Part shown: positions 1-8,137 of the stretch, in pieces | How the letters are laid out: every line of letters begins with the position of its first letter | Position numbering within the stretch: the stretch's first letter is position 1 | NCBI GenBank assembly: GCA_963755485.1 | Contig: CAVWJR010000002.1 | Coordinates: forward strand, 12,514-76,513 | Direction: 5' to 3' | DNA length: 64,000 nt | Source of the DNA: an uncultured Acidobacteriaceae bacterium | Lineage (GTDB): Bacteria; Acidobacteriota; Terriglobia; Terriglobales; Acidobacteriaceae | The notes under the pieces: model-generated | Seen by the model: only the letters and a program-made list of their open reading frames with translations | Told to the model about the DNA's origin: nothing | Database searches by the model: none | Made by a program: the position numbers and the translations under genes

Positions 1-2011
1 TGCTCTGCGGCTCGTTCTCGATGCCTGCATCCAGATCGATCCGGATCCGGTGCCACCCGGCCTCGAGCGCCGCGCTCACGCGCACCGGCTGCACCGCGTC
101 CCCCAGCGAGCCGCAAACCTCGATGCGCAACTCCGGGCTGCTCGCAGGCGCAAGATCGTCCAATGCCAGCGTCGCCCGCCGGCTGCTCAGCAGCGTAAAG
201 CTGTAGCCCCCATCGGCGGGAATCTGCACCCAGCCGCTGAACTCTGTGGCGTGCTCTGCGGTTGAGGTTAGAGCCAGACCCGAACCGCTTGTCTGGGGAC
301 CCCCCTGCGCGGGGATCGCCTTGCGCGCGATTACGACGGAGCGCGAAACCCATACTTCATCGTTGGGGACCCGGCTCGCGTGCAGCAGCACACGAAAGCG
401 ACCCGACCCATCGAGCAGCGAGCCCTCAGCATCGGGAAAAGCATGCTGGACAACACCGCCCTCCGCCGTCGTGCCATCGCCAAAGAGCCACCGGTACCTC
501 CAGCCTGGCTCCGGCGCAGTCACCCGAAACAAGACCTTCTCCCGCGGCCGAATCAGACCTGGTGAATAATCCCACGACGCATCCGTGGGTGCAGGCCCAT
601 ACCCCGGCCCAGCGGCGCCCTCCTCGACTGCGAGCGGAATATCGGCATCGCCCGTTGCGACCTTCCCCGCCAGCCGCACGCCATTCAACTCCACGCCGCT
701 TACGTGGCCCTGCAATACCGACGGCACCATCCCCGGCCCATCCATGGCGGCGATGTTCGAAAACACAATCCCGCTCGCCTCCGGGTTCGCCAGCCGAATC
801 TGCGCGAGCGAGTAATAGTCTTCGAGCCGAATATTGCTCAACCGGTAGTCCGTGTGCGACTCCACGCCCCCGTCATCCGACCACATCTCCAGAAATCCAA
901 ACGGGATCACGCACGCGCCAAAGCCGCTGTGAATAACGTCGATGTTGTTCATCGAGACGTGCGCGCTGCGAAACGTCTTCTTCGGCCACCCCACGCGCAG
1001 GGTGTTCGAAATGCTTGTCGAGACAACGGAATCTTCGATGGTGATGTTCGTGACGTCCTCGCCGGGAATCCGCATCGCCTCGTCGGTGTAGCCATCCCAG
1101 TTCCCTTCCATCGCAAAATCATCGTCCGACGCGCGGATGAAGCAGTCCCGCACCGTCGTATCGCCGCCGCCCAGCCAGTCCATTCCGTCCTGATTGGCGT
1201 CGTGCGCCTCGCCGCCGATGATGTTCACGTTATAGAAGCCGATCCCGCGGCTGCTGCGCATCTGCACCTGCCAGGTCCGGCTCCGCACGATGCAGGTGAT
1301 GCCGTCAATCTCGATATTGCTGGCGTGGTCCATCACAATACAGTGCCAGTTCTCCTTGTGCATCCAGCCTTCATCGTTGAGCGGATTCTGCGGGCCGTCG
1401 TAGAGGATGATCCCGCGCCCCTCCACATGCACATCGTGCACCTGCCATAGATTCAGCGAGCCGAAGACTACCGCTCCGGCGGCAAGATAAATATGGTCGC
1501 CGGACGCCACCGTGATGTCCTCGCGATGCACGCCGGGGCCGTAGTAGCGCACGTCCTTTGTCTTCGCGGTGATGCCGGACCGGTCCGATGGACTGCCCAA
1601 CAGAAACAGCATTTCCGCGTCCGCGAAGTGGTCTCCGGGCCGCGCGATGGAGAGCTTCACCGGCCCCGGAATTGGAAACGTGATGGTCGCGCCCCGCCGC
1701 ACCGGCCGGATGCCGTAGCGCATGGGCTGAATCTCCACGCCGCGATCCCAGTAGTGTGGATCGGAAGCGCGCACCGCGACGATCGCCGGTCCGTCGATAT
1801 CGAAATTCAGCAGGTAGTAGCTCGAGGCCGCATGGACCACCGGCGTCCGGTGCCCGTTGATCGTAACGATGAAATCGTCGGTCCGAACTTCCTCCGGAAT
1901 CGTCGCAATCCCCACATGCGTGGCCGCCAGCACCGGCGCGCAGCCCGCGATCAGCAGACCTGCCAGCAACACCACCCAACCCGCAACCACGCCCGCGATC
2001 CGGCGAATCAT
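1..2011 (-). CDS. Secreted right-handed beta-helix glycoside-hydrolase-like protein (GH28/pectin-lyase-fold type) with PKD-like and PA14-like domains; the 3' end runs off the left window edge
   Basis: Absent from the ORF track because it is open to the window edge. Hand translation of the minus strand from ATG at 2011-2009 (MIRRIAGVVAGWVVLLAGLLIAGCAPVLA..., signal-like) is stop-free down to nt 2, with GC-rich third codon positions. Motifs read: HDANQDGMDW and RASDDDFAMEG (GH28-type Asp motifs), WLFGDGTTAEGGVVQHAF (PKD-like), GWVQIPADGGYSFTLLS (PA14-like). Confidence 0.7.
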   Translation of the reverse strand, partial: MIRRIAGVVAGWVVLLAGLLIAGCAPVLAATHVGIATIPEEVRTDDFIVTINGHRTPVVHAASSYYLLNFDIDGPAIVAVRASDPHYWDRGVEIQPMRYGIRPVRRGATITFPIPGPVKLSIARPGDHFADAEMLFLLGSPSDRSGITAKTKDVRYYGPGVHREDITVASGDHIYLAAGAVVFGSLNLWQVHDVHVEGRGIILYDGPQNPLNDEGWMHKENWHCIVMDHASNIEIDGITCIVRSRTWQVQMRSSRGIGFYNVNIIGGEAHDANQDGMDWLGGGDTTVRDCFIRASDDDFAMEGNWDGYTDEAMRIPGEDVTNITIEDSVVSTSISNTLRVGWPKKTFRSAHVSMNNIDVIHSGFGACVIPFGFLEMWSDDGGVESHTDYRLSNIRLEDYYSLAQIRLANPEASGIVFSNIAAMDGPGMVPSVLQGHVSGVELNGVRLAGKVATGDADIPLAVEEGAAGPGYGPAPTDASWDYSPGLIRPREKVLFRVTAPEPGWRYRWLFGDGTTAEGGVVQHAFPDAEGSLLDGSGRFRVLLHASRVPNDEVWVSRSVVIARKAIPAQGGPQTSGSGLALTSTAEHATEFSGWVQIPADGGYSFTLLSSRRATLALDDLAPASSPELRIEVCGSLGDAVQPVRVSAALEAGWHRIRIDLDAGIENEPQS

Positions 2012-2092
2012 CGTCCGCTGTCTATGCCCCTGTGATCTTCATCGGCAGTCTCGCCGAAACGAACAGGCTGCCTGCCATCAGCAAGGTCGAGC

Positions 2093-2383
2093 CTATCGCC
2101 CCGACCGGCAAGGCTCGAAGCGAAACATCAGCCGGGAACCTGTAGCCTCGGCCAATCGTTGCAGCGTTCGCATTGACGGCTGAATACGGCCGCTTTCCAT
2201 CCTCGCCACGACCGGCTGTGTCGTTCCCATCTTCCGTGCCAGTTCTGTCTGCGTCAGGCCGGCCCGGCTGCGGGCGGCAATCACTGCCTTCGCCACAGCA
2301 AACTCATCTTCAAGCGCCTCATACGCTTTACGGTATTTCGGCTCTTTCATCCACCGCTGATGCATTGCGGAAATCCGTGCCAT
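2093..2383 (-). CDS. XRE-family helix-turn-helix antitoxin (HigA-like)
   Basis: The 96-aa ORF carries an HTH core, RSRAGLTQTELARKMGTTQPVVARMESGRIQPSMRTLQRLAEATG. It starts 13 nt downstream of the toxin-like ORF on the same strand. Confidence 0.75.
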   Translation of the reverse strand: MARISAMHQRWMKEPKYRKAYEALEDEFAVAKAVIAARSRAGLTQTELARKMGTTQPVVARMESGRIQPSMRTLQRLAEATGSRLMFRFEPCRSGR

Positions 2384-2396
2384 CGGCTCTTCTCCC

Positions 2397-2612
2397 TTAC
2401 AGCGCTGCCTTCGCGCGCGACAGCGCCAGTTCGATCTCCCGGCGCGGGGTTTTCTCGGTCTTCTTGATGAAAACCCGCACCATCACAACGCGGCGTCCTG
2501 TAGCCACAACATAGAGCGCCCGCGAAATTCCGCTTTTTCCCGTGAGCCGCATCTCCCACAGCCGCCCCTCGAGATGCTTCACGTGAGGCGCACCCACCCG
2601 CTCGAGCCCCAT
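2397..2612 (-). CDS. Gp49/HigB-like RelE-superfamily toxin, unusually short at the N-terminus
   Basis: The 71-aa ORF has the family signature ...LEGRLWEMRL..ISRALYVV...RVVMVRVFIKKTEKTPRREIELA. An in-frame TGA lies 8 codons upstream of the ATG, and argS ends only 74 nt away, so there is no room for the usual ~35 additional N-terminal residues. Confidence 0.6.
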   Translation of the reverse strand: MGLERVGAPHVKHLEGRLWEMRLTGKSGISRALYVVATGRRVVMVRVFIKKTEKTPRREIELALSRAKAAL

Positions 2613-2686
2613 ATCCTCAATCAGCCTGCATCCTCATCGGCGTTCCTGGCTACCGGCTACAGGCTACCGTCTACCGGCTGCACTTC

Positions 2687-4806
2687 TCACATCACTTCCG
2701 GCGCATGAATCCCCATCCACCCGAGCGACCGCACCAGCTCGCGCTCGGTCACCGCCGCCGTCGCCAGCAGCAGCTTCTTCCTGGCCGGATCCTCCTCGCT
2801 CAGAATGTGGTGCAGCCGGTAGAAATTCGAGAAGTCCTGCGCCAGCTGGAACGCATGCTTGGCCAGATACGCCGGCTCCGCCGTCTGGATGCATTGCTCC
2901 AGCAGCAGCGTCGTCTTCCCTGCCCGCAACCACACCTCCCAGATCCCGTCGCTGCCTTCGCCCGTGAGATACGGCGTCACGTCCACGCCCTCCATCGCCG
3001 CCAGCGCCTCCTCGGCCGTCGTCCCAGCTTTGCGAAAGATGCTCCGCGTCCGCACCACCGCATACTGCAGGTACGGCCCCGTCTCGCCCTCAAAGCTAAG
3101 CGCATCCTTGAAAGTCGAAACGCGATGACGGAATTCCGCGTGTACCGCAGCATGAAGTACCGCAGCGCCCCCACCGCAATCGCCCTCGCCGTCTCGTCGC
3201 GCTCGGCTTCACTCAGCTCCGGGTGTCGGCTGTCGACCTCGCCGCGCGTCGCGCGGATCAGGCTGTCGATCAGGTCATCGGCCTTCACCCCAAATCCCTT
3301 GCGCCCGGATACCTCGATGTACGGCCGCGCCCGATCCTCTTCCGAAACCTCATAGCCCAGGTCGAGCGCGCAGCGCGGCGTCAGCGCGACCATCTCATAG
3401 CTGAAATGTGTGTAGTGCGCGGCCTGCTCCGTGTAGCCCAACCCGCGCAACGCTTCAATCACGTTCGCCTGCGGATCTGACTGCCGCGAATCAATCACGT
3501 TATAGATGGCCTGCGCTCCACCAAAGTGCGGATGATCCGGCTCGCCGGTCTCCGCCGTAATCCAGCACTCCTGATTCGGATACTTGAAAAACCTCCGGTA
3601 CGCAAAATCCCGTCCCAGCAAGCCAAACTTCCACAGGTGATACGCGATGTCCTTCCCTACATACGTCACCGTGCCGTTCGAGCGGACGATTACCTTCGCA
3701 TCCTCATCAGGTCCCTCCGCTGACTCCCCTTCCGCCGCAGCCCTCTCCTCGGGTTCGCGAAGCGGTGCGCCTGGACGGCCAGTCCCTGCCCTTTGCATCA
3801 CCCAGCAGCCCTTGTTCTTCCCCTCCGTCTCGAAATACAGCACACCCTTCGCCTTCAGCTGCTCAAACGCGAGGTCCCAGAAGTGCAGGTGGAGAATCTC
3901 GCTCTCCCGCGGCAGCAGGTCGTATTCGATCCCCAGCCGCAGCATCGTCTCCAGATGCCGCCGCAGAATCGCCGTCGACACCAGCTCTGCGACCTGCGCC
4001 GTCGCATTCCCACCAGCCTCGATCCCATGCAGCGTGTCGAGCCGCAGCTTTTTTCTGGCCGCAGCATCGGCCGGCTCCGCGTCGTACCACTGCGAAACCC
4101 GCGCATACAAATCCCAGCAGTAGTAGTCGATGCGCTCGCCATCCTCGGCCAGCTCCGTCATCAGCTCTTCCACGCCAGCCAGGTTCAGCGCCTCCAGATG
4201 CGTGAGCCCCACCACCACATCGGCCACCTGGACGCCGGTGTTGTCGACGTAGTTCTGGACGTCTACCTGTTGCCCGGCCGCGCGCAACAACTGAACAAAG
4301 GTGTCGCCGAGGATCGCGTTGCGCAGGTGCCCGACGTGCGCGGCCTTGTTGGGATTGATGCTCGTGTGCTCGACCAGAGCGTGCAGTTTTTCCGCCGGCG
4401 GCAGTGGATCTCCCGACCGCGCAAAAGCCTGCGTGAATCCGCCGCGATCAAGCCGCGCGTTGATGTACCCCGCACCCGCGACCTCAAAGCCGGCGAACCC
4501 CGGCACACTCCCCAGCGCTCCAACAATCTCCTCGGCAATCTTCTTCGGAGCTTTGCGCAGCCTGCGCGCCAGCTCAAAGGCGATCGGCGTCGCGAACTCG
4601 CCGAACTTCAGCTCCGGCGGCTGCTCCAGCACCACCGCATCGACTTCGATCCCATACAAACCGCCGAGCGCCAGGCGAATCCGCTCGGCCAATAGCTTCT
4701 GCTCTTTCAGATACACGCCAGACTCACCCACCCGTTGCGAGGAAAAGCTTGATTCTAGCAGCGCCCACGCAGCATCCCGCCGGTCAAACGCTTGCTCCCC
4801 GCCCAT
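2687..4806 (-). CDS. argS: Arginine--tRNA ligase, apparently frameshifted near 3111-3122 (two track ORFs, 2977..4806 and 2687..3058)
   Basis: HIGH region SINPNKAAHVGHLRN is present, followed by ...EVSGRKGFGVKADDL. The C-terminal DALR domain ...FKDALSFEGETGPYLQYAVVRTRSIFRKAG...GIHAPEVM lies in a second frame. The span of 2120 nt is not a multiple of 3. The likely true start is GTG at 4716 (VYLKEQKLLAERI...) rather than 4806. Confidence 0.9.
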
Positions 4807-4828
4807 CCTTTAAGATGAGAACAGTGCC

Positions 4829-4909
4829 GGCTAGCTTTTCCGCTGACCGCGTTTTAGCTGACCGGTGTTCCGCTAACCGCTTTTTAGCTGACCGCTGTTC
4901 CGCTCCTCG
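4829..4909. repeat. Tandem 15-nt repeat (about 4 good and 2 degenerate copies; 30-nt super-period) in the argS-metG divergent intergenic region
   Basis: Units read directly: GCTGACCGCGTTTTA (4842-4856), GCTGACCGGTGTTCC (4857-4871), GCTAACCGCTTTTTA (4872-4886), GCTGACCGCTGTTCC (4887-4901). These are flanked by degenerate copies GCTAGCTTTTCC and GCTCCTCG. The array ends 7 nt before the metG ATG. Confidence 0.85.
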
Positions 4910-4915
4910 TCGCCT

Positions 4916-7137
4916 ATGCCTGAAAAGTTCTACCTCACCACCCCCATCTATTACGTCAACGCGCGCCCGCATATCGGCCACGCTTACACCACCATCGTGG
5001 CCGATACAATCGCGCGCCGCCAGCGCTCTCTCGGCATCGACACCTGGTTCCTCACCGGCACCGACGAGCACGGCCAGAAGATCGAACGAGCCGCGCGCCA
5101 GGCCAACTGCACTCCCCAGGAATACGCCAACCGCGTCTCCGCAGAATTCCGCGGCCTGTGGGACCGCATGGGCCTCACCTACGACGACTTTATCCGCACC
5201 ACCGAACCACGCCACAAGCAGGCCGTCCAGCACCTCTTCGCGCTGCTCATCGAGAAGGGCTACATCTATAAGGGTTCCTACACCGGCCAGTATTGCGTCT
5301 CCGACGAGGCCTACGTCGATGTGCCGCCCGGCGCGCCCTGTCCGGACTGCGGCCGCATCACCGAGACGGTGAACGAAGAGAATTACTTCTTCAAGCTGTC
5401 GGCCTTCGAGCGCCGCCTGCTCGAACATTACGACGCGCACCCGGAGTTCATCCGCCCCGACGCCCGCCGCAACGAAGTCATCGCCTTCGTTAAATCCGGC
5501 CTGCGCGATCTCAGCGTCTCCCGCACCAGCTTCAACTGGGGCATTCCCGTCCCTGGCGACGAAAAGCACGTCATCTACGTCTGGCTCGACGCGCTGGCCA
5601 ACTACATCACCGCTCTCGGCTGGGGCACCAACGACGACGCGAAGTACAAAAAGTTCTGGCCCGCCGACCTCCATCTCGTCGGCAAGGAAATCATCCGCTT
5701 CCACTGCGTCTACTGGCCCGCCTTCCTTCTCGCAGCCGGTCTGCCGCTGCCAAAATCCGTCCACGCCCACGGCTGGCTGCTCTTTGAAGAGAGCAAGATG
5801 TCCAAGTCGCGCGGCAACATCGTGCGCACAGAAACCATCCTCGAAGGCTTCGGTGCGCTCAAGCCCGATCTGCCCAAAGCCGAGCAGGATCTCTTCGCCG
5901 CCGACGTGCTGCGCTACTTCCTTCTGCGCGAAATCGTCTTCGGCCAGGACGGCGGTTTCTCCTTCGACGCCCTCGTCCAGCGCTACAACTCCGACCTCGC
6001 CAACGGCTACGGCAACCTCGTCAGCCGCACGCTCTCCATGATCGGCCGCTACTTCGACGGCCTCGTCCCCATGCCCGCTACCAGCGGCAGAGCGGTCCCG
6101 CTCGCCGGTTCGGTCAGGACCGAAATTCCCGCCGCCATCGCTGCGTGGACCACGCATTTCGACGCGCTCGACTTTTCCCGGGCGCTCGAAGCCGCCTGGG
6201 CCCTCGTGGCCTCCGTCGACGGATTCCTGACCGCCTCGGCTCCCTGGAAAAAGGACGATGACGTTACCGAGGAACAGCAGCAGGCCTGGCGCGCCACCAT
6301 TCTCTACATTGCCGCCGAAACCATCCGCATCATCACCGCCCTCGTCTATCCCGTCATCCCCTACAGCGCCGCAAAAGTCTGGGCGCAACTCGGCCTCGGC
6401 GACATCGCGAAAGCCGACCTAAAAGATTTCACGTGGGGCGGTCTCAAGCCCGGTACTAAACTCGGCGAACTCACGCCGCTCTTCCCTCGCGCCGACAAGG
6501 AGGTCATCACCCGTATGAGCGAACTCGAGCAGAAGAACACGCCTGCCGCCGCCCGAACCCGTCGCGCCCGCGTCAGCCGCAGCGCCGCGCGCGAAACCCG
6601 GGGAGCCTCACATCTCGAAACTCCACTCCCTCGTCGAAGGCCTCGCCGTCGCCATGGCCGAGTCCACCACCGAGACCTCCGTCGTCGTCGGCCTCGAAAA
6701 AGCCATCGCGGAAACCGTCCGCGAAACCGTCACGCCTCGCAGAGAGGAATCGAAAGCCCCGGCCAGCCAAACCACCCCCGCTCCTGCAACGCTCCGCCGC
6801 CCTGCCCGATGGAAAAATCTCCATCGACGACTTCTCGAAAGTCGAACTCCGCGTGGCCCTCGTCAAAGTTGCCGAGCGCGTCCCCAAAGCCGACAAGCTC
6901 CTCCGCCTCGAAGTCGACCTGGGCACCGAAACCCGCCAGATCCTCGCCGGCATCGCCGAGGCTTACACACCGGAGTCCCTCATCGGACGCAAAGTCGTCA
7001 TCGTCGCCAACCTCGCCCCGCGCAAACTGCGCGGTCTGGAGTCCAATGGCATGATTGTCGCGGCATCCATCGAAGGCGGCCGCCCCGTCCTCGCCGGCTT
7101 CCTTGAAGACGTCCCCGTCGGCGCCCGGCTCAAATAG
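4916..7137 (+). CDS. metG: Methionine--tRNA ligase with a C-terminal Trbp111/EMAP-type tRNA-binding domain; the reading frame changes twice (about 6519-6560 and about 6775-6812)
   Basis: PIYYVNARPHIGHAYTT (HIGH) and ESKMSKSRGN (KMSKS) are present. The core is intact to ...MSELEQKNTPAA. The linker is GC3-rich only in a second frame (PPPEPVAPASAAAP...ESKAPASQTTPAPATL). The tRNA-binding domain DGKISIDDFSKVELRVALVKVAERVPKADKLLRLEVDLG...GARLK is in the third frame (track ORF 6853..7137). The span of 2222 nt is not a multiple of 3. Confidence 0.9.
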
Positions 7138-7161
7138 GCTCAGACCCACCGTCGCGGCCAG

Positions 7162-7179
7162 CGCTATACTTGTATAGCG
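7162..7179. promoter_or_regulatory. Inverted repeat CGCTATAC-TT-GTATAGCG, candidate operator or promoter of the RHH antitoxin operon
   Basis: Perfect 8-bp arms were read directly. The repeat contains a TATACT -10-like hexamer and abuts a GGAGG Shine-Dalgarno (7179-7183) 7 nt before the ATG at 7191. Confidence 0.5.
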
Positions 7180-7190
7180 GAGGTTCCCCG

Positions 7191-7523
7191 ATGCTCGCGA
7201 TCCGTCTCCCACCAGAAATCGAAAAGCGCCTCGAAGCTCTCGCTAAACGCACAGGCCGCACCAAGACCTGGTACGCCCGCGAGGCCATCCTGAGCCACAT
7301 CGAGGACCTCGAAGATATCTACCTGGCTGAGAAGGCGCTGGCCGCAATCCGTGAAGGCCGGAGCAGAACCTATACTCTCGAAGAGGTTGAACACAGCCTT
7401 GGCTTGGACAATCATCTTCTCGGAGCCGGCAAAAAGGAGCCTCGCCAAACTCGACGTGCAGATCGCCCGACGGGTAACGGCGTTTCTGCGAGAGCGAGTC
7501 GCCGGACTCGACGATCCGCGTAG
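7191..7523 (+). CDS. Ribbon-helix-helix antitoxin (ParD/RelB/CopG-like) with an atypical 40-aa Arg-rich tail that overlaps the toxin gene
   Basis: MLAIRLPPEIEKRLEALAKRTGRTKTWYAREAILSHIEDLEDIYLAEKALAAIREG...LEEVEHSLGLD is a typical RHH antitoxin. The start is chosen at ATG 7191, behind GGAGG. After ..LGLD the ORF continues in-frame to 7523 over the toxin gene, so the recognisable domain probably ends near 7410. Confidence 0.7.
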   Translation: MLAIRLPPEIEKRLEALAKRTGRTKTWYAREAILSHIEDLEDIYLAEKALAAIREGRSRTYTLEEVEHSLGLDNHLLGAGKKEPRQTRRADRPTGNGVSARASRRTRRSA

Positions 7524-7668
7524 TATCGGCAGTGCCCTGCAAGGCTCGCAATTCGGCGGCCTCTGGCGATACCGCTTCGGCGACTACCGCATCGTTTGTA
7601 GCATTCAGGACAAGAGGGTCCTCGTTCTGGTCCTCCAGATCGGCCATCGCCGCGAAGTCTACCGCTGA
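7399..7668 (+). CDS. RelE/ParE-family type II toxin
   Basis: (M)AWTIIFSEPAKRSLAKLDVQIARRVTAFLRERVAGLDDPRSIGSALQGSQFGGLWRYRFGDYRIVCSIQDKRVLVLVLQIGHRREVYR. The family-typical start MAWTI.. corresponds to TTG at 7399, in frame with track ORF 7351..7668. Confidence 0.75.
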   Translation: MAWTIIFSEPAKRSLAKLDVQIARRVTAFLRERVAGLDDPRSIGSALQGSQFGGLWRYRFGDYRIVCSIQDKRVLVLVLQIGHRREVYR

Positions 7669-7989
7669 CTCGCTCTGTGCCTGACCCATCCCCTGCACCC
7701 TGTGCCCTTAAAAACTGTCAAGCTTTTCGGTAACGTTACCTTCGCGTTCCAACAGATTCTAAACAACATAACCGGCAATAAAGTTGGCACGATTGCCCCC
7801 TCCAGTGTGATATCCTAAAAATAAAGGGCAGTTTTAGAAAACCACGCCTCGCACCCGCCGCGGGGCTCTGGTGTTTCTGGACCGTTCGCATCGGCTGCCG
7901 GCCTTTTCGAACTGCCACCCCGACAGCGAACTGAACCGAGCACACAGTTAAGTATTTTAGAATGTTATAAGTAGATCGATTCTACTTTG

Positions 7990-8137
7990 GAATCAAATAC
8001 GTACGTGCCACCCGTTTTTCAAGTGGCAGCTACCTATCTGATTCCACGATAGATGCGCGCAAGTATTGAAGAATCAAATAACTACGCGTCACATCGAAAA
8101 TGCCCAGCCCATTAGAATCAAATACTTACGCATCAAC
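7990..8137 (+). repeat. Three dispersed direct repeats GAATCAAATA-NN-TACG-YR-YCA(A)C inside an AT-rich non-coding island
   Basis: Copies lie at 7990-8011, 8071-8092 and 8115-8137, each with a perfect 10-nt core. Start spacing is 81 and 44 nt. Inverted TAGAATC half-copies lie at 7755-7761 and 7978-7984. Confidence 0.8.

Noticed and set aside
4829-4909. Considered whether the tandem repeats are a mini CRISPR array
   Set aside because: The units are 15 nt and directly abutting, with no spacers, and there are no cas genes in the window.
4784-6388. 534-aa minus-strand ORF antisense to metG. Similar long antisense ORFs occur at 8089..9123, 41853..43220, 49334..50644, 50331..51653, 55349..56638, 62253..63203 and 63219..63944.
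   Set aside because: All lie opposite genes with strong, motif-supported identities. Their translations are Gly/Asp/Arg/Ala-rich with no recognisable motifs. Long stop-free antisense frames are expected in high-GC DNA.
6654-7106. 150-aa ORF starting MAESTTETSVVVGLEKAIAETV.. as an independent gene inside metG
   Set aside because: Only its first ~50 codons look coding, and these form the middle-frame linker of MetRS. The remainder is an Arg/Pro-rich overlap of the tRNA-binding domain frame.
7785-7796. Sigma-54-like TGGCAC...TTGC element in the AT-rich island
   Set aside because: The TGGCAC and TTGC blocks are separated by 2 nt, whereas the canonical -24/-12 promoter requires about 5, so the spacing is incompatible.
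7850-7930. GC-rich patch (..CGGGGCTCTGGTGTTTCTGGACCG..) inside the AT-rich island, vaguely reminiscent of a tmRNA or other structured-RNA 5' end
   Set aside because: No tRNA-like acceptor or T-arm (GGTTCGA.TCC), no tag-peptide reading frame and no other conserved core that I can recognise. Only a covariance-model scan could settle it.
7736-7945. 69-aa minus-strand ORF in the AT-rich island
   Set aside because: It has a Cys/Arg-rich composition, no Shine-Dalgarno, and spans regions of very different base composition. It is most likely non-coding.
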